Positions 12,518-25,336 of a stretch of DNA of 64,000 nucleotides are shown here, piece after piece; position 1 is the stretch's first letter, and every line of letters begins with the position of its first letter. The notes beneath the pieces were generated by a model. That model saw nothing but the letters and a program-made list of their open reading frames with translations, was not told the origin of the DNA and ran no database searches. Source of the DNA: Octopus sinensis (lineage: Eukaryota); assembly GCF_006345805.1 (NCBI RefSeq), contig NC_042998.1, positions 131,812,001 through 131,876,000 of the forward strand, read 5' to 3'. Position numbers and translations under genes: made by a program.

Positions 12518-12850
12518 GTCTACTCCTTGTTTCTGTCACATAGATTAATATGCGTAAGACTAAACATTTCCGACATAAAGTTGTAGTGAACACTTTGGTA
12601 CTCAATGCAACTTTATATTCCCAACAATATATTTACAAAGGGAGGTGAAGTAGTCAACTCGGTAGAACATTAGACAAAACTCCCCTGCGACATTCAGTTA
12701 CACTTCTCTTTGCTCTAAGTTTAAATCTTAGTTGATTGATATTCATATTTATGGAATCGGTAAAATGAGTGCTAGATAAATGCTGAGGCTTTGTTCAAAA
12801 TGTTTAGGTATTTGGCCTATGTTAGGAATCATTATATTTACAGACTAAGT

Positions 12851-13246
12851 CGGCGAACTGGCAGAAACGTTAGCAGGCCGGGTGAAATGCGTAGCCGTAT
12901 TTCGTCTGACGTTACGTTCTGAGTTCAAATTCCGCCGAGGTCGACTTTGCCTTTCATCCTTTCGGGGTCGATTAAATAAGTACCAGTTACACACTGGGGT
13001 CAGTATAATCGACTTAATCCGTTTGTCTGTCCTTGTTTGTCCGCTCTGTGTTTAGCCCCTTGTGGGTAGTAAAGAAATAGGTATTTCGCTTGTCGTTATG
13101 TTCTGAGCTCTAATTCCACCGAAGTCGACTTTGTCTTTCATTCTTTCGGGATCGATAAATTAAGTACCAGTTCCGTAGTGGGGCCGATCTAATCGACTGC
13201 CCCCTCCCCCAAAATTTCGGGCCTTGTGCCTAGAGTAGAAAAGATT
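12851..13246 (+). mobile_element. SINE family 1 dimer (head + tail-A unit + headless tail-B unit)
   Basis: GTATTTCG at 12897 and 13081 (184-nt period). Confidence 0.9.
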
Positions 13247-14199
13247 ATATTTACAGACTAGTGCGCCCGACCATTTTGTAATAACTGAAGAGGTACCAGC
13301 ATACGCCAGTAAAACAATGGCAGCAATCCAAAGTAGGATCACACACCAATAAATTACAGCTTATTTCCAACAGAAGCATCATATATTCTCTCTCCTTTTT
13401 CTGTCGTGACTACAGCAGTTTCAGCTGTTCCTATGAAGAAACCAACCGCAAAATCATTCACCGGTTTCAACAAATATATATATCTTTTCACGTCGTCTTG
13501 GCCGTTTCTCTTTCAAATATTGAACTAAATATTACGATCAGGAATCGCAAACCCCAAGAAGTCGCTGCCTGGTTCCGAACGAAATACTTCAAGCAAGAGA
13601 CGTGAACTGTTGGAAGTCACTTTCCCTCGGCTTACAAATATTGAAAATTTATATAATTCGAACCAACACTGAATCTCTACGGAGTCGACAGACTTGCTAG
13701 AAACAGGGCTAAAACTATTACTAAAGATTTTTTTAATGAAAGGATACGATTGCTAATGCAGTCCTACATACACGTAGAATATAAACATAATTATCACTGT
13801 ATTTATGGTTTTAGATGTAAAACCTACTCGAACAGGGTTTACCTCGGCATAAACAACAACAACAACAACAATATCAACTACATCGATCTGGCCAGTCTAA
13901 GAGATCCTGCAAAGGTCAAGGATACTGTTCCTCTTCTTTCTGTAACTCGCTCATGAAATTAAACTACGCCATAGAGCCAGTTGATCTTCTTTATTGATTT
14001 GTGTGGTAACCCAAACAAGTGTATGTTGACATCAGAATAAGGATGGCCCGGATATTATAGTCTTAGCTTTTCAAGTAGCCATTCTTCTTGGTCTTTGTTA
14101 CGTTGTTGTTGGTCTTCATTTCAGCAGGCTCCTACCTCACCTCTCTTTCCTTTTACACCCTCTCTCCCTCATTCCCGCACTATCGTTTTCTCTTCCCCC

Positions 14200-14434
14200 T
14201 CTCTCTCTTCCTAGCACACATACACATACACGCATGTACATTTGCACACACATACAGATACACATAGATGCATATATTACACACATGCGCACACATATAT
14301 ATTTAATAATCGCATCATCCACTACTCTTTTCTCTCTTCACCCCCTCTTTCTCTTTGTATCTATCTACCTATCTATCTACCGTTAACATACATCTGTGTA
14401 TTTATCTAATCTGCCTCTCTCTTTCTTTCTTTCA

Positions 14435-14468
<34 letters not shown>

Positions 14469-15014
14469 CGCGCGCACACACATACACACACACTACCACA
14501 AACCACATGCTTACGTGTGCTTTCTTAAACAAATGAATATTTCCACATGTGTACCTACATTCCTCAATATGGACACGCATACACACACACACACAATCAC
14601 AAACGCGCACACTCACACACATACCACACACACACATACACACACACACACACATATATGCATATACAATTGCAGGAACCTGCACACGTCTTTCCAATTT
14701 ACCTTAATCTCTATGCAACTCTGACACCTGGCTTCTCTCATTCCCTGTGTCTCCTCTCTTTCTCTCTCTCTCTCTCTTACACACACACACACTCTCTCTC
14801 CCTTTCTCTCCCTTTTATTCTCTCATCCTTTTACTCAATTAAACCTCCTTCCCCCTCCACTTCAAAATGCACATTAGTAGTAATCCTCTCTCTCTATTAA
14901 TATTTCTCGATCTCTCTCTGTCGCTTCTCATTCAAACGATTATTATTGTCTCTTCCTATCACGTAGTTACCTCGATATCTTTTTCTTTCCCCATCTACTT
15001 TATTCATGTCCCTT

Positions 15015-15083
<69 letters not shown>

Positions 15084-15170
15084 TATGTATATATATATAT
15101 ATATATACACTATATACATATGTATATATATACATACATACATACATACATCCATACATACATACATACA

Positions 15171-15204
<34 letters not shown>

Positions 15205-15225
15205 CATACATACATATACATGTGT

Positions 15226-15262
<37 letters not shown>
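14200..15262. repeat. CA/CT/TA/TACA microsatellite-rich tract
   Basis: direct reading. Confidence 0.9.
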
Positions 15263-15264
15263 CA

Positions 15265-15685
15265 CAGGCGTGGCTGCGTGGTAAGAAGCTTGCTTCCCAA
15301 CGACATGATTCCGAGTTCAGTCTCACTGCGTAGCACCTTGGGCAAGTGTCTTCTACTATAGTCTCGGGCCGACCAAAGCCTTGTGAGTGGGTTTGGTAGA
15401 CGGAAACTGAAAGAAGCCCGTCATATATATAAATATATATGCATGTGCGTGTGTGTGTGTGTGTGTCCTGTCTGTCTGTGTGTCTGTGTTAGATCCACAC
15501 CAACGCTTGACAACCTATGCTGATATGTTTACGTCCCCGTAATGTAGCGGTTCGGCAAAAGAGATCCGATAGAATAAGTACTAGGCTTACAAAGAATAAG
15601 TTCTGGGGACGATTTGTTCGACTAAAGGCGTAGTTCCAGCATGGCCGCAATCAAATGACTGAAACAACTAAAGGATAAAAGAATA
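15265..15685 (+). mobile_element. SINE family 2 (tRNA-derived, internal microsatellite)
   Basis: head GGCGTGGCTGCGTGGTAAGAAG..GAGTTCAGTC; body GGCAAGTGTCTTCTACTATAG..GGAAACTGAAAGAAGCCCG; homologous to 38213 and 38690. Confidence 0.85.
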
Positions 15686-16055
15686 CATGTATACATAAAT
15701 ATGTATGTGTATACATACATATATATATATGTAAGTATATATATATGTATATAAATATATGTATATATATATATATATACTGTATGTATGTATGTATAAA
15801 ACTGTCCATGTTTCTAAGCGTATCTCTTTATGTATCTCCGCACCCAGTCACCTCACTCTTCGCCTCCATCTCCACCTTTACTCTAATGAGTAATGTTTTA
15901 ATAAACCAATAAGCTCGATATTTCTTAATCGTCACAATAATCCCACAACTGACTTTTCCCCTGTTTCTCTCACCACCTTTCTTCCTCTCTCTCTCTCTTC
16001 TCCCCTCTCTCTCTATCCTTCTTTTTCTCTCTCAGTATATGATATATATATAATA

Positions 16056-16107
<52 letters not shown>

Positions 16108-17521
16108 CGTGTGTGTGTTTTATATCTTCAATTCACAACAGTTTATCATTCGCAGACTGTGAGCTGTAAAAGAGCTGTGTAAATGTATATTGGAGGATTT
16201 TAACAGTAATGGTTTACAGACCCCCAAAAGATAAAAAAACGCCCCTCAAAATGTGAGGATATTGTCTCCGTCACTGACTAACTCATCTCACCTTATGTAT
16301 TCTTAAAATTTTTGAGGATAGTACAACAGAAGAAGCTTCATACGCAAACTGAGAAATACCAAAGGTTATTATCTATCTTTTATATATATATTTTTCCTTG
16401 ATTTCGCTCCATGTTTTTTATATTTTAATTTTCTCCTTTGCGTTTGAGGTGGGTGAGCATCGAAATTAAGAATTCAATTTTTTTTTATGTTTTTAATGGT
16501 TTTTCTTGTCTGGAGTGGAAAATTTAAAAAACTTCAGATCCGAAACATTCAAATCCAAATCAGAAAAAAAACAATATCTGAAAGAAATTTCAAACCGATA
16601 TTGGAAATCGAATCTATATGAAAACCTCTTTAAATTTCAAAAGCTTTCACAAATATTCAGTCAGTCTCAGTTTTGCATTTTTTGAACAAGAAATTAGATT
16701 AAAGGTTCCCATTTCTAAGTTTTATATGGAAATAAGTATTTCGTAAAACAGATAAGCTTTTAGGCTATGTGGAAAAAAAAGTATCAGAGGCAAATCGTCA
16801 CCGGATGACAGAGTTAGGAAAGAATTTATAGGGAGACAGTTTGCCTAAAAATTCATACTTATTCAAGCGCCAATACAAATATATGGAATTGTCATCAATG
16901 TTCCAACGATCCAATAGCTTGCAGAACAAACCTATATAGTCCTATTTTATTCTTACTTTTGTTTATTTATTTGTCTATTTATTTGCTACAATATCATTTT
17001 TTAAATTCCTGTTTATTGTCTTTTAGGCACAAGATATTTTTTTGTAAAAACCGGTTACTGAAGTATATTCATCTCTTTACAAGCCAAGTCTTCTGTATTA
17101 TGAGTGTTTATCAGTCATATATTTTACTTAGTGACTCCACTTACGGCTTTCCCTTTTCTTGCCCATTTTTTTTGCCAACAAAGGACATTACTCAATTTGC
17201 TTAGTAAAAACCACGTGTTTCTTTGCCCCACACCACTTTATTTCTTTTTTTTCTACATTGCGCTTTTATAAACTTGCAAATCGGATATGAGTTCGATTTT
17301 CTAAATGTTTTCGGTGCGAAAGGGATATGGGTTCGACTCCCAAGCGGATAGGAAAACCTTCTTTTTTTCTGTCGAGGGCTTATATTCCCCTTTATTAGAC
17401 TATTTTCCTTAGTCGTTGTACGCTGATCACCATAAAATTTAAGCTTATATAAAAATACCATTATTATTATTTACAGGATTGTAAAAACAGCGCCGTATAA
17501 AAAAAACCATTCGCACCGAAA

Positions 17522-17568
<47 letters not shown>

Positions 17569-19159
17569 CTACTATCTTCTGGTTTTTCTCCTTCTCAGTA
17601 ACTAAATGTCTCGCTTATATGAACGAACATTTTACTGATTGTATTATACTAGTTCCTGACATGTATTTCAATAATTACCTAAAACATTATATTCGCACAG
17701 TAAATCCCACTCAATGTACATTCTCTACCTTTGTAAGATGTGTATTAGTTCTGAAGGATAAAAATATAGAGTGACTGCACCTGCCTGTTTTTGGCCGATT
17801 TATGTACTGCTACTTCCAATTTCACCAGCTTGTATATATTTTTTTTTTTTTGTTTCTTATTCGTTAACCATGATTATTTTTATCAAATATACATTTAGTC
17901 CGTATCATTTCAGTATTAAAGAACACTTTCTGTTTTTCGTTAACGAAAATTCATGGCGCTCATTTAGTCGTATGATACATAAATTTTTTTTACAGAAATT
18001 TAATTATTTTTATTGTTCACTGGTTGACCATATTTAATTTACATATATTTCAACGCAAATATCTATCACAAATTTTATCAATTAATTTAATCATACATAA
18101 TTTTTTTATTCATTAACTATGTCGATTTCTAACATAATAAACGGCTATAAGTTTGAGGCGATAATTTGTTTGATACATTATTTTTTTTAAAAATTAAAAA
18201 CTGTAGAAGTTGACACCATCGTTATTTGAACTCTAAGGGTAAATATGTGTAACTAAAGACCGAGAGGAACTTTAACCATCAATCTAATGACTCTGCCATC
18301 AACACCGCCGCCCTCTTGTTTCTGGTAATATTATTTGTTGTTGTTTTTTTTCTTGCTTTCGCTATTTCTTTTTTTATGTTCCTTAATTGAAAGACATTCC
18401 ATTAATTACTGTTTCGTTTGTATGCAATGTGGCAATAACTTCTGAACAAAATCACTGTCTGAACAAAAATTAGACGCAGATGTATCTAATTAAGAGTGCT
18501 TATTATCATAAAGCACTAGATTCAATCAAAATTAATATATTAAATAAATCTATTATTTGTGTGTGCGTAAGTGTATGTGTGGATTTGTGGATGTGAATTC
18601 ATATCTGCTTGCGTATATGAATGTGTGTGTGTGTGTGTGTGTATGAGTACGTAGGAAATAAACCAGAATCTAAGGAGTTGAGTGGTGATCTGCCTTAGCA
18701 AATGTTGTACTTATTGATAAAGTGTAAGGTTTATTCAGTTCGCATGCTATTTGAGAGATGGTATTCAACGACTTACGACAAACTCCTTCTTCGGAAATTG
18801 AAAATGCTTTTTCTTTTACATTAGTCTATGGGAGTGTGCGTATGAAATGGATGCACTCAGTTTCGCGACAAGTTTACAGACTAAGGTTGCGACTGTTATT
18901 GCCTTAAATTCCCTCTATTGCGTAATTCCATAGTTTTCTATGAGATCCGAAAAGCGCTATAACGTAATATAAACAGCACATCAATAATGAGAGAAATAGA
19001 CAGGGCACGAACTCTTTCTTTATTTCATTTTAGACATATGTTCTTGCGGAGCTTGAATATGAGAGCATTGTATATTGTGACCGAACACAGAAACATGTGT
19101 AACAGATGAAATAAAATGATGTCAAGTTTATTCCTATGTTGTTTCTCTCATTTTGACCT

Positions 19160-19366
19160 CGTGTGTACCGTTGACGATTTTTTTCCTCTGTCTTCCCCTC
19201 TTTGGATTTTTCCTTCTCCTATGTTTCTGACGAAGAGCTCCGCTCGAAACGTTAAACCCTCCTTCTTCCCTTCTTTCCCGAGCGTCCACTAATACTATAT
19301 CTGTTCCACGTCCTCGTTTTGTTGTGTCTTTTTGTGTTTTCTTATTTGGATTAACTATATATATAT
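19160..19366 (+). mobile_element. PLE pseudo-LTR-like element, family A, directly upstream of the PLE ORF
   Basis: homologous to 52685-52890 and to the reverse complement of 9661-9838. Confidence 0.85.
19223..19257 (+). ncRNA. minimal type I hammerhead ribozyme
   Basis: stem I gttt/aaac, core CTGACGA, extra A, stem II gagc/gctc, GAAA, palindromic stem III ACGT, predicted GUU cleavage after 19253. Confidence 0.75.
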
Positions 19367-19487
19367 TTGCTACCAAGGTATCGGTTAAACTTTTGATTAA
19401 TCTACTACAAGATTATTCATCTTTCTATTTCACATAATACATACCGCTTCGTCAAGAAACTGCTGCTACTTTAACCGATACCCAATA

Positions 19488-22164
19488 ATGGAGTTGTTCG
19501 AGATTGATGCGTCCTTAAGGATATCCTATACCACCGAAGGACGCCTTCCTTAAGGAGTTGGTTTGTAAAACCAACGCATTCATAAACCGGATAAGATGGC
19601 TCGTTTTCTTCCACGAGAACGAAGATCTAAAATCGAACCGGACAACAGCATCGTCCGAATACGGCCGGCTTTTTAAAACATTGGATACGCCGCCACCTAA
19701 CCCAAGACTGAAGAAGTTGAGGACGACTTGTGGGACATAGTTAGAAAGATTAAGTTCAGGAAGTCACCCAGGAGAAATGCCCACCTCAGATACCTAGATA
19801 AAATTACCAAGGACATTAATAGAACGGACGGAGTTCTGGTCCAGTCCGACAAGACCAGGAACACATACAAGCTGCCCATTAGCAGTACCTAGATTTACTC
19901 GGTAAAGAGATCAAGAAAAATTATAGAAAAACCAATTGGAGTACCCTGAGGAAGGTAAACTTGGAAATTAAGGAAATAATATTTAAACACCGAATTCAAA
20001 TGAGAACTCAGCCGCTTAGCCCTAAGCAACCCAGATTTATAGTGAAGGACCATAAACCGAACTCCACACCAACCCAGCGCTAAGACTCATATGCCCTGCT
20101 AGATCTGATATCGGAATAACAGTAAGTACATTTAGATAAATATATCCTAGTTTAGTAAACAAGCTGAAGTCAGCCTCTGGGCCAACTCCTCGCAGGTAGT
20201 GTAGTGAAGGTGGTTCTCTTCCATCCCCAATAAGAACCGTACTAGGTTCATTCAGTTTGATATCGCCAGCTTCTACCCCTCGATTACCCTAGTGTGCTAA
20301 ATAAGGCCTTCTGGCATGCTCACAACAAGGCTGGCCTCACCAGAGAAGAGATAGATATCATTTTAGTTGCCAGGAAATCGTTTATTAAGTTTGATAATAA
20401 GTTGTGGATCCGTAAAGATACTCCCAATGAATTTGATGTGCCTATGGGTAGTTCGGATAGTGCGCAGATAGCCGATTTGGTCGGAATATATATTCTCTAC
20501 GAATTGTCCGACAATTCCCGGAGATCGCGGGCGGCCTGTATCGTGACGATTGTCTGTTTTACCTGCAAAACACCACGAACAGAATAGTGCAGAAAACTAG
20601 AGCAGGTTAGCTAGTTTTTTAATAGAATGGGCATGAGTATAGTTTTTGATAATGAACTCACCAAGGCTAATTTCCTAGACGTTACACTTAACCTTAATAG
20701 CGACTCATACTGCCCTTACCATAAGCCTTCCACTAATTTGAAGTATGTCAGTGTCTTCTCAAATCATGCCAAAACCGTAACAGACAATTTGGTTAAAAAC
20801 ATCTCTCTAAGATTGTCTGGCTTGTCCGCCAGTGCCGATATTTTTATGCAGAAAGCGGAATTTTATAACGCCGCACTATCCAAGGCCGGTTATAGGCAGA
20901 AGGTAATTTATATTGATCCGGCCCTTCCGATGCCATCATTCGGTCATCAGGATAGGGCCGTATATAATAACATTAACAATTTAAGTAAGGACGGGAGCGC
21001 GGCGGATGCCGGGGTAGTCGCTCCCGCATTTAATTTAGCGAACAAGGATAATTATCGGTCCGGGAGGTCTCACACTAACCCAAGACCCGTTATTCATCCG
21101 AGAATCACCCACCCGAATGCGAGAGCTGGCGTCCCGACCCTTCACACTGATAGGAATAAGCATATATGGTTTGTAATCCCCTTTGGTAAGCAGATTAGAA
21201 CTAACCTCCCCCTCATGTTTAGACAAGCCATCGCCAATAACTCCCCAGAAATTCCAAATATTACTCCACGGTTAACTCGCATAACGTTAGGATAGCTTTC
21301 TCCAACACTAAAAACCTCGCCCAGATAATCGCCTCCCATAATAATAGGCTACTTACTAAGACCCTATCACCTTTTCGGAGGCACAGCCTCTTCCGCTCCC
21401 GGTTTAATGCTCAGTAGGAATAATTATAGTAGTAATAATGATATGAGAGCCAGTGCAGTGACACATAATCTCAGCTCCAGCCAGGGAGTACCCACTAGGG
21501 GTATAGTTATAAATAGGGGTGTTGTGGTTGACGGTAACAATGGGAGTAGGGTAGAGAGCCCAATAGCATCCCCAGCATCATTTCCCGCAATAGCAGCACC
21601 ACGGGCACTAGCAATGACAGCACTCTGATAGATAGTGGAGAATCAGGGGTTATTCCTATAGTTAATAGTGACGTAGTGGAAAATAGAGTAGTAAGCGGCT
21701 GCAGGTCTCGGAACGAATATAGTGACAGGAACGCAGTTCTAATTTCAGAAATAATAATCCTAGCAGAATAAGATTCACGTCGGCGAACTCCAAGATCAAA
21801 AACGCCGTCTACCAATGCAAGGTTTACACGGACTCAGATGTCTTCACTTATGTAGGGGCCTCATCCTCAAGATTGTCTTTGCGAGTCTCCAACCATTACG
21901 CAACTTTTCGGGACATGACAAGCGCCAGACCACGGGACTCAGTAAGCTAATATGGCGACTGAAGGATACGAACTTAAGCTACAGGCTGGAATGGTCAATT
22001 TGTCGGTGGCCCTCCCATTTGATAGGGGCAGAAGGCAGTGCAACCTTTGTGTCTCCGAACTCTTCCATATTTTGTTTGCCAGAGGCCGGATGGTAAACGG
22101 GCTTTTACAGTCGGCTTTTCGATGCCCCCATTGGCGGCGTTACACTTATCTGGCTTTTAAATAG
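19488..22164 (+). mobile_element. near-full-length decayed Penelope-like element, RT + C-terminal GIY-YIG (Hydra-clade-like); multiple frameshifts and stops
   Basis: N-terminal IPPKDAFLKELVCKTNAFINRIRW; VQSDKTRN; VKDHKPN..LRLICPARSDIG; motif A FIQFDIASFYPSI; B' FDVPMGSSDSAQIADLVG; C GLYRDDCL; NFLDVTLNL..YCPYHKP; IWFVIPF; IIASHN; endonuclease AVYQC..TYVG..NHYATFR..LSKLIWRLK..RQCNLCVSE. Confidence 0.93.
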
Positions 22165-22750
22165 TGTTTATAAATAATACCGGCACCCATAGCCCTTGGT
22201 AACAAATTCTGAAATAGCCTTTAAGATATCTACGATTAACCACTGCAAGGGAAATTACTCCTGTAAGATAAACGGGGCTTGGTTTTTTCACAACGGGGGG
22301 TTTCCTTGACAAGGCAGGCTTAGATGAACACACACACACATAAAACATAATATATTTTTTTTTTTCTGCCACCCAACGGTTCTCACTGCAGTAGCCACTG
22401 ACAGCCGAACGATCAAACGCACACACGTACACAAAAAATGTTTTCTACGCCTACGCCAGCACACACATATATAGAACAGTATACACACACACGTCTCTAA
22501 GTAGATTTTTTCTCGCCCCTTATAAAACATCCAATATTCCTTAAATAGTCATAACTTTATTCTCGGTCACAAAGAACATCTACACACCCTCACCCACATG
22601 TTTGACCGATGCCTGAGCCGTTAAATTCTTCAGCCACCGGTTTTCAACATACACTGATAAACAGTTTCGCCATGGGCTCTTAGGAGCCTAGTTCGATTTG
22701 TTTTTTGCTCCGCCTCTGTTCTGTTTTTGTTTTTTCCAACGGATTTCCTA

Positions 22751-22838
22751 TTTCTTCCTGAAGAGAAAGACACATATGGTCCCATTATTCAATCGGATTT
22801 TGGTAAATTGTGCCTTTCGAAACACGTGTAGAATGAAA
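22751..22838 (+). ncRNA. type I hammerhead ribozyme with extended stem II, downstream of the PLE ORF
   Basis: stem I tttcttc/gaa(t)gaaa; CTGAAGA 22758-22764; stem II gaaagacaca/tgtgcctttc (9 of 10 bp); GAAA 22819; palindromic stem III ACACGTGT; GUA triplet. Confidence 0.8.
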
Positions 22839-22893
22839 AAAAACGATTTCTGTTCAATCTGCGTTCAGCTCCATTTCTTCAATTCACCAATAA

Positions 22894-23039
22894 TATATAT
22901 ATTGTGTGTGTATATTGTGTGTGCCGTGTTTGGTGTATATATGTATATATATGTGTGTGTGTATATATGTATATATATATATGTGTGTGTGTGTGTGTAT
23001 ATGTATATATATATATATGTGTGTGTGTGTGTATATATG

Positions 23040-23074
<35 letters not shown>

Positions 23075-23562
23075 ATATATGTATATATATGTATGTATGT
23101 ATATATATGTATATATGTATATATATTATATATGTATATACATATGTATGTATGTATATTATATGTATGTATGTATATATATATATGTATGTATATATAT
23201 ATATGTATGTATATATATATGCATGTATATCTATGTATGTATATATATATATGCATGTATATATATATGTGTATGGTATATATATATATATATATGTCTA
23301 TTATATATATATATATATATATGTATGTATATATATTATATATATATATATATATATGTATGTATATATATATATATGTATATATATATATGTATGTATA
23401 TATATATATGTATGTATATATATATATGTATATATATATATGTATATATATATATGTATGTATATATATGTATATATATATGTATATATATGTATATATA
23501 TATATAATGTATATATATGTATATTATATATATATATAGGTATATATATGTATATATATGTA

Positions 23563-23624
<62 letters not shown>

Positions 23625-24032
23625 GTATATATATATATATGTATATATGTATATATGTATATATATGTATATATAAATTATATATATATGATTTATGTAT
23701 ATATATATATATTATATATGTATATATGTATATAAATATATATATATGTATGTTATATTATGTATATATATGTAATATATATGTATATATATATATATCT
23801 ATAATATATATATATATATATATGTATATATAGGTATATATATATGTATATATATGTATATATATAATATGTAATATATATTCTAAAATATATTATATAT
23901 GTATATATGTATATATATATATGTATATATATGTATATATATATATATATTGTAATATATATGTATATATGTATATATATATGTATATATATGTATATAT
24001 ATATATGATAATGTATATATATATATATATTA

Positions 24033-24085
<53 letters not shown>

Positions 24086-24090
24086 GTATG
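22894..24090. repeat. ~1.2-kb compound (TA)n/(TATG)n/(GT)n array
   Basis: direct reading. Confidence 0.95.
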
Positions 24091-24196
24091 TATTCATAGA
24101 AATGGCAAGACAACAAAAGAATGAAAGAGACCTCGATATTATGTAATAGACGAATTTATCTGTAAATATAATATGTGACAACTAATCGGTAGCCAT

Positions 24197-24257
24197 GGTA
24201 ATATTCCGAGTTTCGGATGTCGGGGTGGAAACCCACGTTGGCATCTCTTCAGTTATC
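24197..24257 (-). ncRNA. decayed hammerhead-like motif
   Basis: minus strand gataa-CTGAAGA-gatg..gtgg/ccac..catc-c-GAAAC-tcgga-ATA-ttacc. Confidence 0.4.
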
Positions 24258-24299
24258 GGGCCATCGAAAGATATATATATATATATATATATATACACG

Positions 24300-24633
24300 C
24301 ACACAGACGGAAACACACACTCACTCACACGCTCATACGCACGCACAAACATACGCACACACGTATTCTTTACCTGCCACTCCACGTCCGTCCACTATAA
24401 AATCACACTACTGGTACTAACCTCACACACACCTCACGCACAAATGCATACGTACACATATATTGCCATCCCATGCAGCACTCCCTAATATACAAACACT
24501 TCTCACAAGCCGCACCTACGCATACACACATGGAAAACATATACACGCATATACACATCACGCACAACTCCAACCCCCGCACACAATCCCTCTGTTTCTC
24601 TCTCTACCTCTCCCTCTCACACACGCACACACA

Positions 24634-24685
<52 letters not shown>

Positions 24686-24885
24686 AGCGTCCCACTGGCT
24701 TCAGAAACCATAGTCTGTATCTCTTTCCAAATTCCGATCACTTATTTTTCGGGCATGTAACGATACAACGCGCTTTTCTTGCACTATCCGCTCCTCCGTC
24801 CTTTTCTCGCTTCCGGATATTTCTTCTTTCTGACGAAGAGCCATACTCGAAACGTCGTTCCTATTTTTCCGTCTAAAACCTTCAC
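24300..24885 (+). mobile_element. PLE-like 3' UTR/pseudo-LTR remnant with minimal HHR core
   Basis: CA/CT-rich tract ending in CTGACGA-a-gag-ccata-ctc-GAAACGTC at 24830-24856; stem I not evident. Confidence 0.5.
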
Positions 24886-24986
24886 TGAGTGCCATTCTAA
24901 TATACTCACTGTATACATCTAATTGATTTATATTCTTTGTTCCTCTTTTTTTTCAATTTTCACTTGCTTATATATATATATAAAGA

Positions 24987-25336
24987 TAAGATTGTTATAT
25001 AAATATCGAACTTATCAAGTGGACAGCATGGGAATAAAAACCTTCAAAGATAATAGTTATTATTATAATTTAGGGTATCTAAGAGATACCTCCCCACTGG
25101 AAATAGCAGCCAAAACTCGACTCTAAAACCACATTAAATGTTCATACAGCACCAGGAGAGACGACAAAGAGACTAAATAAACTAGCAAAAAGTTACTGGA
25201 TAATTCCAGATCCCGGATTTCTGACTTTGCATAAGAAATGCTTTGCCTCATCAGTGGAATATACACAGCACATAAATACAAATATATATACAACATACGA
25301 ATACTTGATAAGTTCGATATTTAAATAACGATCTTA
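24987..25336. mobile_element. 350-bp element with 34-bp terminal inverted repeats in TA-rich context, containing a hammerhead
   Basis: TAAGATTGTTATATAAATATCGAACTTATCAAGT (24987-25020) vs reverse complement of 25303-25336 TAAGATCGTTATTTAAATATCGAACTTATCAAGT (2 mismatches). Confidence 0.75.
25203..25260 (-). ncRNA. type I hammerhead ribozyme candidate with bipartite stem II
   Basis: minus strand ATTCCA-CTGATGA-GGC-aaa-GCAT-ttctt-ATGC-aaa-GTC-a-GAAA-TCCgGGA-TC-TGGAAT; 6-bp stem I, AUC triplet, one extra A before GAAA. Confidence 0.7.

Noticed and set aside
13798-13848. CIYGFRCKTYSNRVYLG, a GIY-YIG-like spacing
   Set aside because: Runs directly into an AAC repeat with no downstream R, E or N motifs; probably chance.
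16140-17525. AT-rich block with short inverted motifs (TTCGCACCGAAA) as a DNA transposon
   Set aside because: Could not define TIRs, a TSD or transposase motifs; likely an old repeat but unsupported.
19488-22164. Selenocysteine or readthrough recoding of PLE stop codons
   Set aside because: Interruptions are mixed TAG/TAA/TGA plus many frameshifts, consistent with neutral decay; domain order is not the Naiad type.
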